DNA from: Lama guanicoe
Lineage: Eukaryota
Direction: 5' to 3'
Assembly: GCA_013239625.1 (NCBI GenBank)
Contig: MU053652.1
Location: forward strand, 6,873,902-6,937,901
Length of the DNA stretch: 64,000 bases
Below the pieces are notes generated by a model. It was given only the letters and a program-made list of their open reading frames with translations, made no database searches and was not told the origin of the DNA. Shown here in pieces: positions 1 through 13,823 of the stretch. How positions within the stretch are numbered: the stretch's first letter is position 1; each line of letters starts with the position of its first letter. The position numbers were made by a program, and so were the translations under genes.

Positions 1-560
1 TTCTCATATCCAAGTATCCTACCCCTGAGTCCATAGAACATGTAGGACAAATAAAACAATGATTGTTTATTTAGAGTATAAACTCATTATGGAGGATGAT
101 ACTCCATCATGGCAGAGTTTCATCACCAAGTTGGTATCTCATGAGGCTATTTCATTATTCTATCCAGACTGGCATCTTCTGAGTGGGGCAGCACAGAATA
201 AGCCTCATTGATTTCATGGTCATCTCTACCTGCTGCATCTCTTTTTATGTAGAGTAGGTCTCTTGGTCCAGTGTAATGTCAGGTAAGATCCCATGACAGT
301 AGATCAACAACTTAGTAAGCTCTCAGATAACAGCACTGGCTAAGGCCCCATAGAGCAAAAAGACAAATCCATACCCACAATACATTTGATTTCACCGAAG
401 ATAAATTCCTGAGGTGGATAATCTAATGTAGTCGAGTAGTTAACTGATGTCTTCAAGAGATGCTGACACATAAGGGGCCAGCTTTACACTCTGTCGCTAG
501 CCTGCTAAATATTTTGTAACGGTAGTAAGTAAACCAACCCAGACTGAGTGAGAGCTTATG
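1..560 (-). mobile_element. MaLR internal (MLT/MST-int-like) fragment, old
   Basis: The stretch 'ggtctcttggtccagtgtaatgtc...gatcccatgacagtagatcaacaacttagtaagctctcagataacagcactggctaaggcccc...acaaatccataccc' resembles antisense MaLR internal sequence as I recall it. Confidence 0.6.
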
Positions 561-569
561 GTTGTATCT

Positions 570-1055
570 TCTCACCATGCAAACCTACATGTGAATGTTT
601 CAGCAGCTTTATTGGAAATTACAAATAAAAAAACAGAAACAGTCCAAACGTTCTCACCTGGGAAACGAATAACCAAACCCCACTGACACATCTATGCAGT
701 AGAATACTGCTCAGTAATAAAAGGGAAAAAGCTATCAGTACACAAAGGAACATAGGCAAATCTCAGACTCATTATTCAAAGTGAAAGAATCCAAATTCAA
801 AAGCTTATATACTATATGACTACATGTATATAGCACAATAAAGGCAAAACCACAAGGACAGAGAACATTGTAGCAGCTGACAAGGTTTAAGGGGGCAGGG
901 AGGATGGTTTGGCTACAAAGGGACAGTACGAGGGAGTCTCTTTGGAATGATGGCACTCCTCCGCATCTTGATTATGGTGGAGGTACCATGACTCTATGAA
1001 TTTGTCAAAACATGTAATGTATGCCAAAAAGAGTTAATTTTACAATATTCAAGTT
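570..1055 (+). mobile_element. Old L1 (L1MC/L1ME-type) 3' end
   Basis: Typical L1M 3' motifs: 'gaatgtttcagcagctttatt', 'gaatactgctcagtaataaaagg', 'catcttgattatggtggaggtaccatgactctatgaatttgtcaaaac'. Confidence 0.75.
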
Positions 1056-4000
1056 GGAAATTTTGGGACATACAGTCCAATTCTTCTTTTTAGAGAGATA
1101 AACCCCTCAAATCATGAAACAGCTCATCCCCTTAATGCTGATGACTACACCTATTTAAATAAATAGAATTTTGAGCTATTAATAATATCAGCTTAGAGAA
1201 TGTAAACACTTAAATCTCTTTTCTATTCAGCATTTTTTAAATTGGTGGATCATCAGTGAATAAAGCAAACTACTCATGCTGCTCCGTAATGATCCTCTTT
1301 TAATTACTTCGACTATTTTCTACACGACACTATTTCCTAAAATCTAAAAGATCGCCAATATTTTTTGAACTGGAGACATAAAAAAGGAGAATTATCTTTA
1401 TAGCTCAGCTTTTGTTCCTTTATGTTCATGCTTTCTTCCCAGAATTCTCTTAATACCTAGCCAATCTTCTACTTCTAATTAACCAATTATCACTACTTGT
1501 TTTTAAGGTAACTTCATGTTCTGCTAAAACTGCTAAATGTCTTTATAGACTGTCACTCCTTCTATTTTTAAGCTTTTTTTTTCTTTTAATTCTTTGTAAA
1601 CTTTGAGGCAAGGACCAGGGACTATGTATGTTCCTCCCAAATCACTATCACGGGTCACAAAACTTGAACGCTGACGTCATTTCCTATCAGCTTCTGGGGT
1701 ATGATGATTAGAAAATTAATAGATATTAGAGACAAAATCAAGAAAGAGAAAAGATACTGGGAAGAGAACATCTGATAAATATTCAGCAGAGTTGTTTATT
1801 CCTGAACAAGCAAAGTCACTTAAGAGTCAGGAATTGATTTGACTTTCACTCCTGTTTTCTGAACTACTGATCTCTCCAAGGAATTTAATTTAAAAAGTCA
1901 TTTTAATTCTTATTTTTCTCTAACCAATGCCTGGGGAAAAGGTTCTGTTTTCAGATATTGGTTCCACCACACAAACTGCTTGTTTGTAAAATAAACATGT
2001 TGCACATGACACCCTGTGCAGGTGGTCAAATATCAAGACTCATACACACAAGTGAGAAAGGAAGGATTTGGGTTTGTTTTCTGATATTCTCTGGCTTTAA
2101 GAACCTAGCCATAAATAGTTTGCCAGTCTTTTTTTCACTGAAATCAGGAGAAAGTTACTGAGACAGTAACTTCAGCCGCAGTCTTCAGATCCATTCTACC
2201 AATGGCCCAATCTAAACAGGCACTTTGACCACCTGATGATTTTGGAAGAAAAGGGAGATGGAAGGGAGACACGAGTCACAGGAGAAAAAAGAAGAAAGAA
2301 AAAGTCTGAAAAGCACTGGCGTCTACACTGAGGAAGAAATGGGCATAGATGGGGTAAATCTGAGTGATACTTGTTTTCATAAAACTTCATATTTTTAAAA
2401 CTATATTCACACTAATCATGTTACTTGATGTTTAGGGATTTTTTTTCTAAAGCAAAAAGACCAAATAAAATCACTGGCTTTTGTTTGTGATAAAACTGAG
2501 TCTCACAGCAAAATATCTATTTGGTTGGACAGTTGCTACTAGAATCTTTATTCCATCTTTTAAGCCCCGATCTCTCTTTACAATACTTAGTAGTCTAGAA
2601 ACAAACACAGACTAGAAGTTCACTTATCATTTTCTACCCATATTTCAGCTGTGTCTCATTTCTCTTTATTCTTAAAATGATACCCATGTTCTTAGTGGCA
2701 TCAACAAGTCTGGGGTAAGAGGACCCCTTCAAGATCCCTTCTACACTGTTGATCTCCGACATCAAAGGCCAAGGTATAATATCTACCATTACATAGTCTC
2801 TCCCTCTCTTCATTTTTTTCTATCATTATCCTTCTTAAGTCTTTATTGTAAAAATGCCTGATAATCTTTGTTATATCCTATTACATTCAGCCAATTCTGT
2901 TTAAAGTGAGGACTGATGGGTATAATTATTCTTGGTGTTTTTCTTGAACCTTATTGGTAAAGTCAGTATTGATCTTCTTTTCTGATGATGTAATGAGAGC
3001 TTAGTAGAATAAAACAATAATGATAAGATGCCTGAACTCCCCACTATGTCTGAAGCAATCAGCTCCAATTTTATAAAGAGTCACTGTGGCTCATGATGAG
3101 GAGATTTCTAGGTAGTCAGTATTCTATCGGTTCAGTTCTGCGAGGCCCTTTGTTGATGACTGGGTGGTCTTGATTCCTGGATGTCATGTTAGACCTTTAT
3201 GTGAGATAATGAAAATGAAGCTCTGTTACCTGGACCAAGGGAAATGTAAACAGTTTCTCCATTGTATCATTCTTCTGAGGAACTATCACTATCGATTACT
3301 ATGTAATCTATCTTCAGAGAGCATTAAAAATGATGAATTGCTTTGTTTTGCTCGCCCAGATATCTTGCCATTATCAATTCTAACTTGCAGATTTGGCTTA
3401 GTGATGTCATCTGCTTCAATAATTTTGAGCAAAATATACTCAAAAGAAATATAAAAATAGATGCTATCTCATGATGTACCTAGCTAGTGAGTCTTACTGA
3501 GGATACTTTAAATAGTGTGCATGTAATTTTCCTATAACAAAAATTATTACCAAACCAGGATATATTTGTATGTAAAGTGTTTTTTTCATAGTTCAAAGCT
3601 CAGCCCAAGTATCAAATAGTTTAAAACTTTCTCTGACACCCTGGCTTCAGCTAGTGGCTCTCTGGTCTTTTTACCATAGCTCCTTGTATATATTTTTATC
3701 TGGGCACTTATATTTATACATATATATACAATCACTCAAGGACTCTGAACTCCTGAGCATGCTTCATCATTATCTCAGTAGTAGTAATAGATAACAGGGT
3801 GCCTACTATGTATAGGCACTCAATAAATTACTTTGAAAAAATTCATGAATGAATATAAATTATAAATAATTTTACAGTAAAATTCAACAAGTTTAGATGA
3901 AAATCAATAGGATTTTGTTAAATGTACTTTTCGTAGATTACAGTATAAACATTAGAGGCGACTATAAAAACAACTCTTGCTTCAGACCCTAGAATTCAAA

Positions 4001-5904
4001 GTAAAGTAGTCCATGTATCTGTCTATTGATCTGTCCACATACCTGCATCATACATACATATATATACATTATACATTTGAAGAAAAAACAGGTAATGTTC
4101 TGCTTTTCATTTTTTTCTAACTAGTGATGAGAGTCATCAAAACACCTGCTAGTTCTTATAACTTTCTTATATTCATAGCATTCATTTTAAAGTTAAATGC
4201 ATTCCAACTATGAAAAAAATAAAAGAAATTAAAATATATACATTTCTACTTAAAGCTATAATAATATATCTGAAAAAATATGCTATTAGGAGTCACTTCT
4301 CATTACATTTAGTAAATAAAAACAAATGAGAAATAAAGGTTTGAATTTTCTTGTAGTAAATATAGTTAATTTTTAAGTTAGTCTTTTTTCCAGTTTTGAT
4401 TCACATTTTATTCATGTGTTAAATGCATTTATACACTGCTCTTAATAAGTTAATGCATGTTGATTAATCTGTGTGCTCCTTTTACACTCCTTCACCCATC
4501 AGAAGTCTACAGACATCAATGATACCCTTTTCTAATAATAGAAGAATAGGATCTTTTGGAATAATTTAATTTCATATTATCACAAGCCCAAATGTACTTC
4601 TTTCATTTAAGTACAGTTTAAATTATTCTTCTTAGATAATAACTGCTTATATCAAATGATGGAATCTATATTTTAAGATAACAAAATGAAAACTTAAAAA
4701 TAACTATCATGTTCTAGGTCGACATGTATAGTATTTAACTTAGCCCCTGTAATTCTGTGAATCATGTTTCTAATGCGTGGGCTTTAGAACTACAAGTTGG
4801 AATGAAGTTGTGTTGTGAAATGTAGTAAAATTGAAGGAAGACTCAAAATCACTTTCTAACTGTGCCCACAAACAAAAACCTCCAAAATTTCTCCATGGTT
4901 AAGTTATATATCATAGCCAAAACAAGTGGAATGTCATCTTATAAGACAGTCTTAAATAAGCCAGGATGAAAAAAAATAAGCCAACTCGAAAAAAAATTCC
5001 CTAAAGAACATTATTTTAAAGTAATTATTTTCACGTTAATGTGTATTAATCCGCAAATCTACACAGTGCAATATGCTGTGTATGCACTTATTTAACAAGA
5101 GAGTTGGTGTCAAGAGCGTGGTACATAAGCAGAGGAGTTAGTTGCCCTCCTTCAGAAGCTCTCCCTCCCCAGTCACAACCAGTGGGATTTCTTTTTTCCC
5201 CTATTAGAGAACTAAATGTAGAGCAACATAAATTGATATTCACTTACTTACTTAAACTTGTCTGACACACTCTCATCTGTGTGGACATGGAAAGGAATGA
5301 TGAATAATGGCAGCTCCCAAGGGAAAACTCACCATGGGCCCCTGCAGGTAATCAATTTCAACTTCAGAGTCTACGATATAAAAATCAAGTGTTGATTCTC
5401 TGATCAGCATGCGGCTAATGCATCAAGAGTTCCCTGTCGCCCAAACAAAAAAGAAAAATCCCCATCTTAGTATTAGTGTCACAATGAGGACTGTAGGAAA
5501 GTTAATTACAAAAAGCTATATCACGAGGGACATCTCTCTCTGTGACCCTCACTAAGCATTACACTGAAAAAGCCAGGGTTTCTCATAACAAGAGGAGAGG
5601 TCTTGATCTGCATGCATAAGCACATAGAAGTGGCCATTGTGAGGAAAACATGATGGGTTTGCAGAGGTAATGGCTTTCTTGGTCTGCCCTGAGAATGGGC
5701 AAGAATGACGAAGGGAAATGAAACCAGCCTAATCAGGGCATGTGATTACCGGCAGGTTATCTGAGGTAAACATGAGAAGAACTGATTCAATGGCAAGTAT
5801 AAGTTACCCTGGAACCCCTCAGAATTACATCTGGAATGAAATCTTGGAAAAAGACTGAATTCCGTACAAATTTAATGTTGAGAGTTTTATAGATATTTAT
5901 TTAA

Positions 5905-6130
5905 TAATAGTTATTATAAGTAATCCTAGCTGTTAAGTTTAATTATATGCAAGTCATTCTTTTGAATCCTTTACATTTAATGCACCTTTCAGTCCTCAAA
6001 ATCACTCCATTTAATAGATGGGATAATTGGGGTCCTGAGATATCAAGTAACTGGCCCAACTATACACATTTCGTAACAGGTAGAATCATTGTTAGAACCC
6101 AAGAAATCTGATTCCAAAATTTTCCTTTTA
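5905..6130 (-). mobile_element. MIR SINE
   Basis: Degenerate MIR core: 'ccatttaatagatgggataattggggtcctgagatatcaagtaactggcccaac...ttagaacccaagaaatctgattccaaa'. Confidence 0.6.
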
Positions 6131-7429
6131 AAAATCACTAACACTGGATATTATAGGAAGTGGAAATTTACTGGGGCGAATAAGGCTAACAAAATCTGGG
6201 ATGTCTAGGTTTCAATTGATCCCTTCTTATTTACTTGCGTTTGTTTGAAGATCATTTAACTTAGGAGACAAAATTTCTTGTATCTTGCCAACTAAAAGTT
6301 TAGTCATTTCTACCAATGGAGCTTGAAAAACAAATCTATTTTTTGATAAATAATCACCTTGCTTTCAGCATCTAAAACTTATTACCAGAAACATACCTTC
6401 TGCCAGACAGACAAATGGTATTATTTCTTATCCCAATGCCTTAGGGCATGATAGGCACTTTGACTGTTATTATTTTTTATTGTGTTTATTTCTGGAATTT
6501 TCTACTTTTAAGGTTACTATCCTTGTCATCAGCTAGAAGCTACAATATGAATTTTGCATTCAAATCTCAGTGCTTTTTCCTTTGCATGCAAATATAACAC
6601 TGCTTTCAAATGATAATACGATCTGTTCACATTTTTATTGGAAGAACTCAAATGTTAACACTTTGTTCTCTTTGAAGATGGTGATCCAAGTTTTATATAG
6701 TAAACATTTCAATTAAATTACTGGTTTGAGAAGAAATTTTTAAATTTTGATGAAAGATACTTGACAGTGCTTTTGTCAGATTAATGAAGCATAGCTTTAT
6801 TTGCTTTTCATTGCTTTATTTTGATACGTGGACACACAGAATTGCTTCAATTAAGGGATAAATTATTTTTAAGAACAGAAGCATTTCTAAATTTCAGGTT
6901 TATATTTAAGATGAGTATAAACATGCTTAGATTGTTTCAACACATTCGCTATATTTAAGTGAAGATTTGGATATAAAGTTGCTCTATTCTCTTCAATGTG
7001 ACTAAAATTTCAGAATATAGGTGATTATATGGAAACCCTTTACAAAAAGCCAAAAAGTAACATCATATCTGAAACAAAAACTTGTACTCACAGCATATTA
7101 ACGAAAGTAAAATTAGTAATTCATAAGAGATATAAAACAACCATGTAGAGTAGATGCAATCAATTACCATTGTAACTAAGAAAATCCCATAGTGGGTGCC
7201 TTTGAAGTCTGAAACCTGTATATGAATGGGATTTGTTTGATACCCTCCACTGCCCTTCAAGATTGGATGAGAAGGGAACGTCTAGTATTATGTCAGACAT
7301 CATCTCTTACATGATGTTATTTTAGGATGGTCAAGAAAGGGACACCAATTTTGTTTATATTCCCCTTTATATTTCATGCCATTTTGCCTCTCATCCTTAA
7401 GAAGCATTTATTAACAACAATCAGACTTT

Positions 7430-8310
7430 GTTTCAGTAAAGGAAGACAACTGTGATTTACACTAAGGCCCCTTCTGAGAACAATTAGAAATCTAGACACA
7501 AACACCTACTTGAAGGCATGAAAGAAATAGTAAGATTATGAAGAATAACCAGCCGGGATCTATAGGAGGATGAGAGCCTATGGAGAGGCAAGTTTAGGGC
7601 CTCTTTTAAGTATTTGTAACTCAAGAGGAAGCAACAGAGAAGCTGAGAGGCTAATAAAACACTTCTATCAGTCCTGCTGTGCTAGGGGGCAGAAACTAGA
7701 GTTCAGAGATGGTAACCTGGGTGAACCATCTTGGTTTGAGATAAGTATGATCAATAAGTAGACAGAACTCACAAGAACTGTGGCTCAGATTTAAATCTAC
7801 TCAATGTTGAAGTTTGATTAAGTTGATCCTGGGTTGCTACCATCTCAAATTGCCTGGTAGAAACAAAAAGATATTATTTTGAGAGAAGATAACTTCATAT
7901 AAAACCATGCTATTTCTACAATTTTGTTGACACCATGTGTACCACACGATGTTAAAAAAAAAAGCAATGATGAGAAGACAATACAATAATACAAATCAAA
8001 AGAATAAATAGACATATATAGAAACACACGAGTTAGGTCATTTATAGCAAATATAATAGAAGAAATTCTGCTAAATTTGAATTTCAATAAAACATTGAAT
8101 GTCCTATGCAATATCTGGGACATAATTCTACTAAAAAAATTATTCATTGTTGACCTAAAACTCCATTTGATGTTTACCTGTAATTCAAATTGAACTAGGC
8201 ATTCTGTGTTTTATCTGGCTGCTCTTATCCATAGGGAACCCAAATGTTAGATTTTCCAGAACCAGATTTTAAAATAATTATGCTAACAATGTTCAAGAAA
8301 TTAAAATACA
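7430..8310 (+). mobile_element. Old L1 5'/pre-ORF1 fragment, interrupted by MER33
   Basis: L1M 5'-region-like text ending 'caaatgttagattttccagaaccagattttaaaataattatgctaacaatgttcaagaaattaaa'. Confidence 0.5.
8028..8226. mobile_element. MER33-like hAT-Charlie MITE
   Basis: Palindromic arrangement 'atagcaaat...ctaaatttgaatttca...gtcctatgcaatatctgggacata...aattcaaattgaactaggcattctgtgttttatctggc', matching MER33 as recalled. Confidence 0.7.
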
Positions 8311-9624
8311 AGCAAGAGAGAAAGGACCTCATAGTCACCAGCAACATATTTCAGCGTCAGTTGCCAGCAGAATATGCAATTATTGGGCAGACAAGATACA
8401 CCATCACTGCAGAAGCCCATGAACAGCACAGTGACATTAGCTGGTTCAAGGCCCTCCCTCACCACAAGAACCCAGGAAGAAACACTCTTCAGACACCTTG
8501 ATCCCATCTCTAAATGTGTTGAGCTTTTACTTAACGGCAAGTCATGAACCCTGTGTGGTTCATTTTCTAGTAGACTGAATATGGAAAGCAGAACGAAACC
8601 ATTTAAAACAGAAGGGGAAAAGATCTGGACAAATGGAAGTTTCTTTATTCCTCAGCAGGACAGGAGCCTGTGAGGGAGAACAATGAGCCACAGAGGTAGT
8701 TTTGTCTCCTAGATACATGTTTTAAAAATTATTGTTAACTGTACTCTTATTTGTCATAACTTTTCTCTTTTTTTTTGTAATTCACCTCTGTGAAGAGATT
8801 TTTTGCTTCCTCTACATTTTTTTGTCATACTGTGTGTGAGCTGATCTGTGAGCTACCATGACTTCACTTAAAAAACACTGTGTGATTAGTGGAATCTACC
8901 CTTTTTTACATGCTTGTTCTTTCCGCCTTTAATCAGAATTAATATCTAAAGTCAAGACTTACATTGAAGTCAGCTTGAAAAAAAAACTTCCAAGTAATTT
9001 CCTTCAAATGAATATATTGGCACCCGCTCCTTGTTGAGATTTCTGGCAATTCCTATGAAAAAGACAGATGCCCAATTCAGAGATCCTGCTTCGAAAGAAA
9101 TTTTCCTTTATTCTAGAATTACCCAAATATTTTCTATTCCTCTCTCCTATAGAATTCAGAGGGAGAATTAAGTAAAAACTGAATTAACTAGAAGTTACAC
9201 TATTTTAAGCAGCAGCACTGACACTTCACAAATAGTATAAGACATTACGTACAAAGCCTTTACAAGGAGCTACCAACAGGATTATAAATACACAAGTAAA
9301 GCATTACTTATCCTGTGTAGTTTCTCTTTAAATAGTTTGTTCTTTGGGCATCTTCAATTGACAACAATACAAACTCTGAACATTTGAAAAGATATTTAGA
9401 AAATCAATGAAATTTCAGTAGAAATAAAATTACACAGCACCATTTAAATGTAATATATAAATACATACTCTATAAACAAGGAAAATTTCCTCATGACATC
9501 CTTTAGTAATTTTTACTCATTTATGCATCTCAATCAGTTATTGTTTATTAATCTAACAGTTTGCTTACCATCACCACTATTCAGGTACAGATAGGAAAAA
9601 TTCAGTATTTCAATTGAATAATAG

Positions 9625-9880
9625 TTTATAATAATGATACATTTACTCAATTATAGGTCTATTTAACAAACGCAACTTTACACTTTACAAGTCTATTTTT
9701 TCCCTAACAATCCTTTAGGGAGTAGAGGCATATATGATAATTGACATTTCACAGATAAGGACACTGAAGCCGGAAGAGTCCAAGTTACTAGCTCAAGATC
9801 AGAATCAGATTTACAAGTGGAGGCAGGATTAAGACAGAAATCTTTTGGAAGTAAGCACAGTGTTCTTTTTGGCACAGTAT
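9625..9880 (-). mobile_element. MIR SINE
   Basis: MIR core: 'catttcacagataaggacactgaagcc...aagttactagctcaagatca...gtggaggcaggatt'. Confidence 0.65.
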
Positions 9881-10804
9881 TCTGATTCTTCTGAAAAGTT
9901 TATATTTCATTTATTTGTAGTTAATTCTCTATGGCACCTGAGAGTTGAATTTGCTATACTTTACATTGATTTTTTTTCAAAGGGAAGAAAATGAAATTGG
10001 AACATGATTTATTTATCAACAGCTTACAATATTCCAGTATTCTTTCAAGTGCTTTACATCCATTTATTCATTTAATCATGTCACGATGCTATGAAGAGGA
10101 TGCTATTACTAAACCCCTCTCCAAAGGGAGACACTGAGAGACTCCGAAAGTTTCAGAGCCAGTAAGCAGAGTGCTGACCAGACACTGATTACAGACTTTA
10201 CTTGGCGGGAGAGACTGGTCTCCAACTGAGACCACATTCCCTCCAGCTTATTTGCTCCCTACCCTGAGCCACCACAGGGTCCATCTCCGTGACAAACACC
10301 CATGGATCAAGAGAAATGTTTGGCTCTACTTTTAATCAAAGCATATTTCTTCCTGGCCTCAGATGTACTTTATAAAGTTCAAATGGCCACTATTGTCCAA
10401 AAGAACATTGGAGAGGAAACTGATGATGCTGATCCACATGCCCATTTTCCCTCGGTCAATGCCTAAAGAACAGGTCCCTGTCACCTGCTGTTATCATCAC
10501 AGGACTCTGGGCTTCTCTGTCTTTGACTCAGGGCTCAACACTTCCTCTGCCCATCAAAATCTAAACCCTATGGCCTCTCTAACTCTCACATCATTACAGA
10601 CAGACCCACCCCCCCCACATATTGTCATGCCCTCAGCATTATTTTTCAATATTCCTGAAACCTATGTTTTCCTTAAAATACCACTTCCTATGCAACCATT
10701 TAAGTGAAGACTTTATATTCTCAGAAAATACACAGCCCAGGGTCAACATTCTTGATCACCACTTGTATCCCTCTAAAATTAAGCATTCAGGGCATTTTAA
10801 GAAA

Positions 10805-11005
10805 TACTAATAGCTAACATTTATGAGCACTTACCACATGCCCAATCTCTTTTAAGCAGTTTTAAATATTTGTACATAAATCATCAAAATACCTATGAGA
10901 CAGGATTATTACTATCACTGTTTGACAGATTTTACATGTTTTTAAGTCACACGGCTGAGAAGTGATCATTTTAACCCTGATTATTAACTTCCATGCTGTA
11001 CTGCT
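10805..11005 (-). mobile_element. MIR SINE fragment
   Basis: 'aatagctaacatttatgagcacttaccacatgcc...cctatgagacaggattattactatcactgtttgacagat'. Confidence 0.6.
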
Positions 11006-11159
11006 TCTCTGTGTTGACTTTCTCAAACAATACCTTAAAAAAAAAATAATCTTTCTTTTCTTTCAATAATAATTTACTTTCCTCATCCCTATTGAGCAAA
11101 TACTTTACAATTTTTTTCTTCTTTCAATTATTTTCTATCATGCATTATTTGTGTCTTTA

Positions 11160-11305
11160 TATACATAAATATTTTTATTTAAGTATAGTCAGTTTACAAT
11201 GCTATGTCAATTTTTGGTGTACAGCACAATGCTTCAGTCATACATGAACAAACATATATATTCATTTTCATATTCTTTTTCACCATAAGTTACTACAAGA
11301 TACTC
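11160..11305 (-). mobile_element. Young lineage-specific L1, 5'-truncated 3' end
   Basis: 'aagtatagtcagtttacaatgctatgtcaatttttggtgtacagcac...' is homologous to copies at 19441 and 28461; flanked by direct repeat GTGTCTTTA (11151-11159 / 11306-11314). Confidence 0.8.
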
Positions 11306-12418
11306 GTGTCTTTAATGAGGAAGAATCTTCTTCATTCCTTGTCATTTGTTCAAAGAGACATTCAAGCCAAATTTGTGTAAGAACAATGCTGCCAAAACTT
11401 TTGTTTTATATGGCTAGTTTCCTGTTGCTGGATCTGTTATACTTAACTTTTGAATGAAGTAAAATACAAATAATGAAATATAAACCCTATTTAAAAAAAA
11501 ACACTTATTACATAAGAGCCTTAAAAGAGGAAGAGACTTCCAGAAACCCAGTTGTAACAAATCCCCATCCTCTGACTGTAGTAAACGTGGTGTGGCTGCT
11601 CATGAAGTCACGTCATTAACTAATTTTGAAATCAAACCTACAGGCTATGCTGAGGCTCAGCATGGCACCAATGACTGTGGCACTTCAGCTACTGAACTAC
11701 TTTTAATGTCAGAGGTCATTTTTAATACATACAGGTTTAGGTTTTGTCCTTCTCTCTAACCCAAGCTAAATAATTTGTGGGACTGTGTCAGTATCATCTA
11801 CATAAGGGATGACTTTGTAGCTTGGGTACAGAAACATACGTTGTTAGATCCACACGCTACAGAATTATTTATGAAGAAATAACCATTGGAAATATGCACA
11901 TAAACTTGGAGAAAGCGTCTAGTGGAAAGAACGCTTGGGATTTTTCTTAAAAAGCCTGTTAACATTTTCAATATAAAATATTAAGCACTTGCTACCAAAT
12001 GTAGGTGCCAACACTGTCGATGGCAGTTACTATGACTGATTTTTTTAAAAGCACATAACATAAGGCAAGTGTCACAGACTCCACACTACATCTATGTTGA
12101 CCCCTTGATATGTACTTTTTTTGCCACGTGCTGCTGCATTGTAACTCTTCTCTTTAAAACATGCAATTCCTACCAGCAATAAAACTTAGCTGAAAATCAA
12201 AGAAAGGCTCCAAAAGTCATTCATATTTCATGAAAATTACTGAAAGAAACTTTGAAATTGAGAGTGTGGGGTTCACGTTCTGGATACATTTGACATCTGA
12301 CTTAGTAAGAAAATCAGATTGACCACTGTGTAGCACTGCTTATAAGATGCTTTACTGATTAAAAAAATATGCTACAGGGCTGATCCACTTTGTCCTTTTT
12401 TATTGTTGTTTATTTTTC

Positions 12419-12670
12419 TTTTTTTTTTTTAACATTTTTCATTGATCCATAATCATTTTACAATGCTGTGCCAAATTCCAGTGTTCAGCACAACCTTTCA
12501 GTCATTCATGGACATATACACACTCATTGTCACATTTTTTTCTCTGTGATTTATCATAACATTTTGTGTATATTTCCCTGTGCTATACAGTGTAATCTTG
12601 TTTATCTATTCTACAATTTTCAAATCCCAGTCTATCCCTTCCCACCCTCTACCTCCCTGGTAACTATTTT
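12419..12670 (-). mobile_element. Young L1 3' end (second subfamily) with poly(T) and TSD
   Basis: Poly-T then 'aacatttttcattgatccataatcattttacaatg...cccttcccaccctc'; near-identical flanks 'cttttttattgtt(g/a)tttatttttc'; sister copy at 44788. Confidence 0.85.
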
Positions 12671-12819
12671 TCTTTTTTATTGTTATTTATTTTTCATTGT
12701 TGGTTGTTATTATAACTTTTGAAAGACTAAAGTTTTTTTTTCCAATCTTAAAAGATATTTTCAGGTATGTAATATTTGAAATCTTTTCACCCGTATTTAT
12801 CAGTATCATTCCCTCCTTA

Positions 12820-13096
12820 TTACTCCATATACTGAATGATTATTTATTGAGCACCTGCTATGTGCCAGGCATGATTTTAGGCTATGGAAATTCATCTTTG
12901 AACAAAATAGCCACCCAGAGCTTATGCTCCAATGAAGGGAGACTAGTAATAAAGAAAACAGCAAATAGAAAAACTTCTTAAAAACATACTAGGTGATTAT
13001 AAATGCTATGCAGAGAATAAAAACAGGTGACGTGCGAAAAAGCAGCTGAGTGACAGCTACAGCCTGTGCCCTCAGAAGTGATCTCTCTGTGGAAGT
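12820..13096 (-). mobile_element. L2 LINE 3' end (left piece; continues at ~19930-20520)
   Basis: Classic L2 tail: 'tatttattgagcacctgctatgtgccaggcatgattttagg...ataaatgctatgcagagaataaaaacagg'. Confidence 0.75.
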
Positions 13097-13176
13097 GTGG
13101 CCAACATCCTTAGTTGCTGACTTAACAGTCATCCCCCTGACACTTCTTTCCTGAAAGAACATTGGTTGTATTCACC
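13097..13176 (+). mobile_element. MLT1-type MaLR LTR, left piece (target of the provirus)
   Basis: 'tgtggccaacatccttagttgctgacttaacagtcatccccc...cttctttcctgaaagaac' resembles an MLT1 start; the remainder lies at ~19427-19440 and 19699-19928. Confidence 0.5.
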
Positions 13177-13799
13177 TGAGAAAGGATGGAAGGGAGCAGG
13201 GCACAGCCATTCAAGGAATGCCACAGCAATTAACATCAAAATGGTGAAAGATTCAACCCCCAGGAGGCCTTGAGGCTCAGGATGATGAGAGATTTAACTT
13301 CTAGCAGATCTTGAGCTCATTATACGCTCATTGTAATATATTAACATGGTGAATAACATGCCCACAGGCACCACGGCAGTCCCAAGGCTAGCCACAAAAG
13401 GTCAAAGAGTGGGAAATGGCCAACTTCCTGGGAATCCCAGCCCCTTCCCCAGGCTACTTAGACTGGTCCTTTCACTTATTAGCATATGAAGCCACCAAGC
13501 CCATAAAAACCAGCAACACAGCACCTTATGGCCACGTCTCTCTCTCTCTCTCTTCAGCGACAGCCGCACTCTGTCTATTTAATGTGTACCTACTTTTAAT
13601 CTGAGCATCCAACCCCCACACCTTGTGGCCTTTCTCTTGCCTTTCAATGCATCTCTCTGAATAAATCTACCTTCACTCGACTGTGGCTCGCTCTTTAATT
13701 CTTTCCTGCGCGAAGCCAAGGACCCACACTTGGCGGGGCACCTCCCAGGGGACCTGGGACACGGCCCTCCTCACGCCCCACATCTGTTTTCCTGCATCG
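13177..13799 (+). repeat. 5' LTR
   Basis: Direct repeat of 18793-19426; starts TG, ends 'cctgcatcg' (3' copy 'cctgcatca'); TATA-like 'cataaaaa' ~13502; AATAAA ~13660. Confidence 0.97.
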
Positions 13800-13805
13800 T
13801 ATCTC

Positions 13806-13823
13806 TGGCGCCCGACATGGGGC
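13806..13823 (+). promoter_or_regulatory. Primer-binding site, tRNA-Lys(CUU, Lys1,2)-type
   Basis: TGGCGCCCGACATGGGGC matches the Lys1,2 PBS TGGCGCCCAACGTGGGGC at 16/18 positions; 6 nt after the LTR end. Confidence 0.85.

Noticed and set aside
2860..3480. Possible ancient LINE (CR1/RTE-type) RT remnant; antisense 'gcagatgac'
   Set aside because: Only a short motif; I could not extend the homology convincingly by eye.
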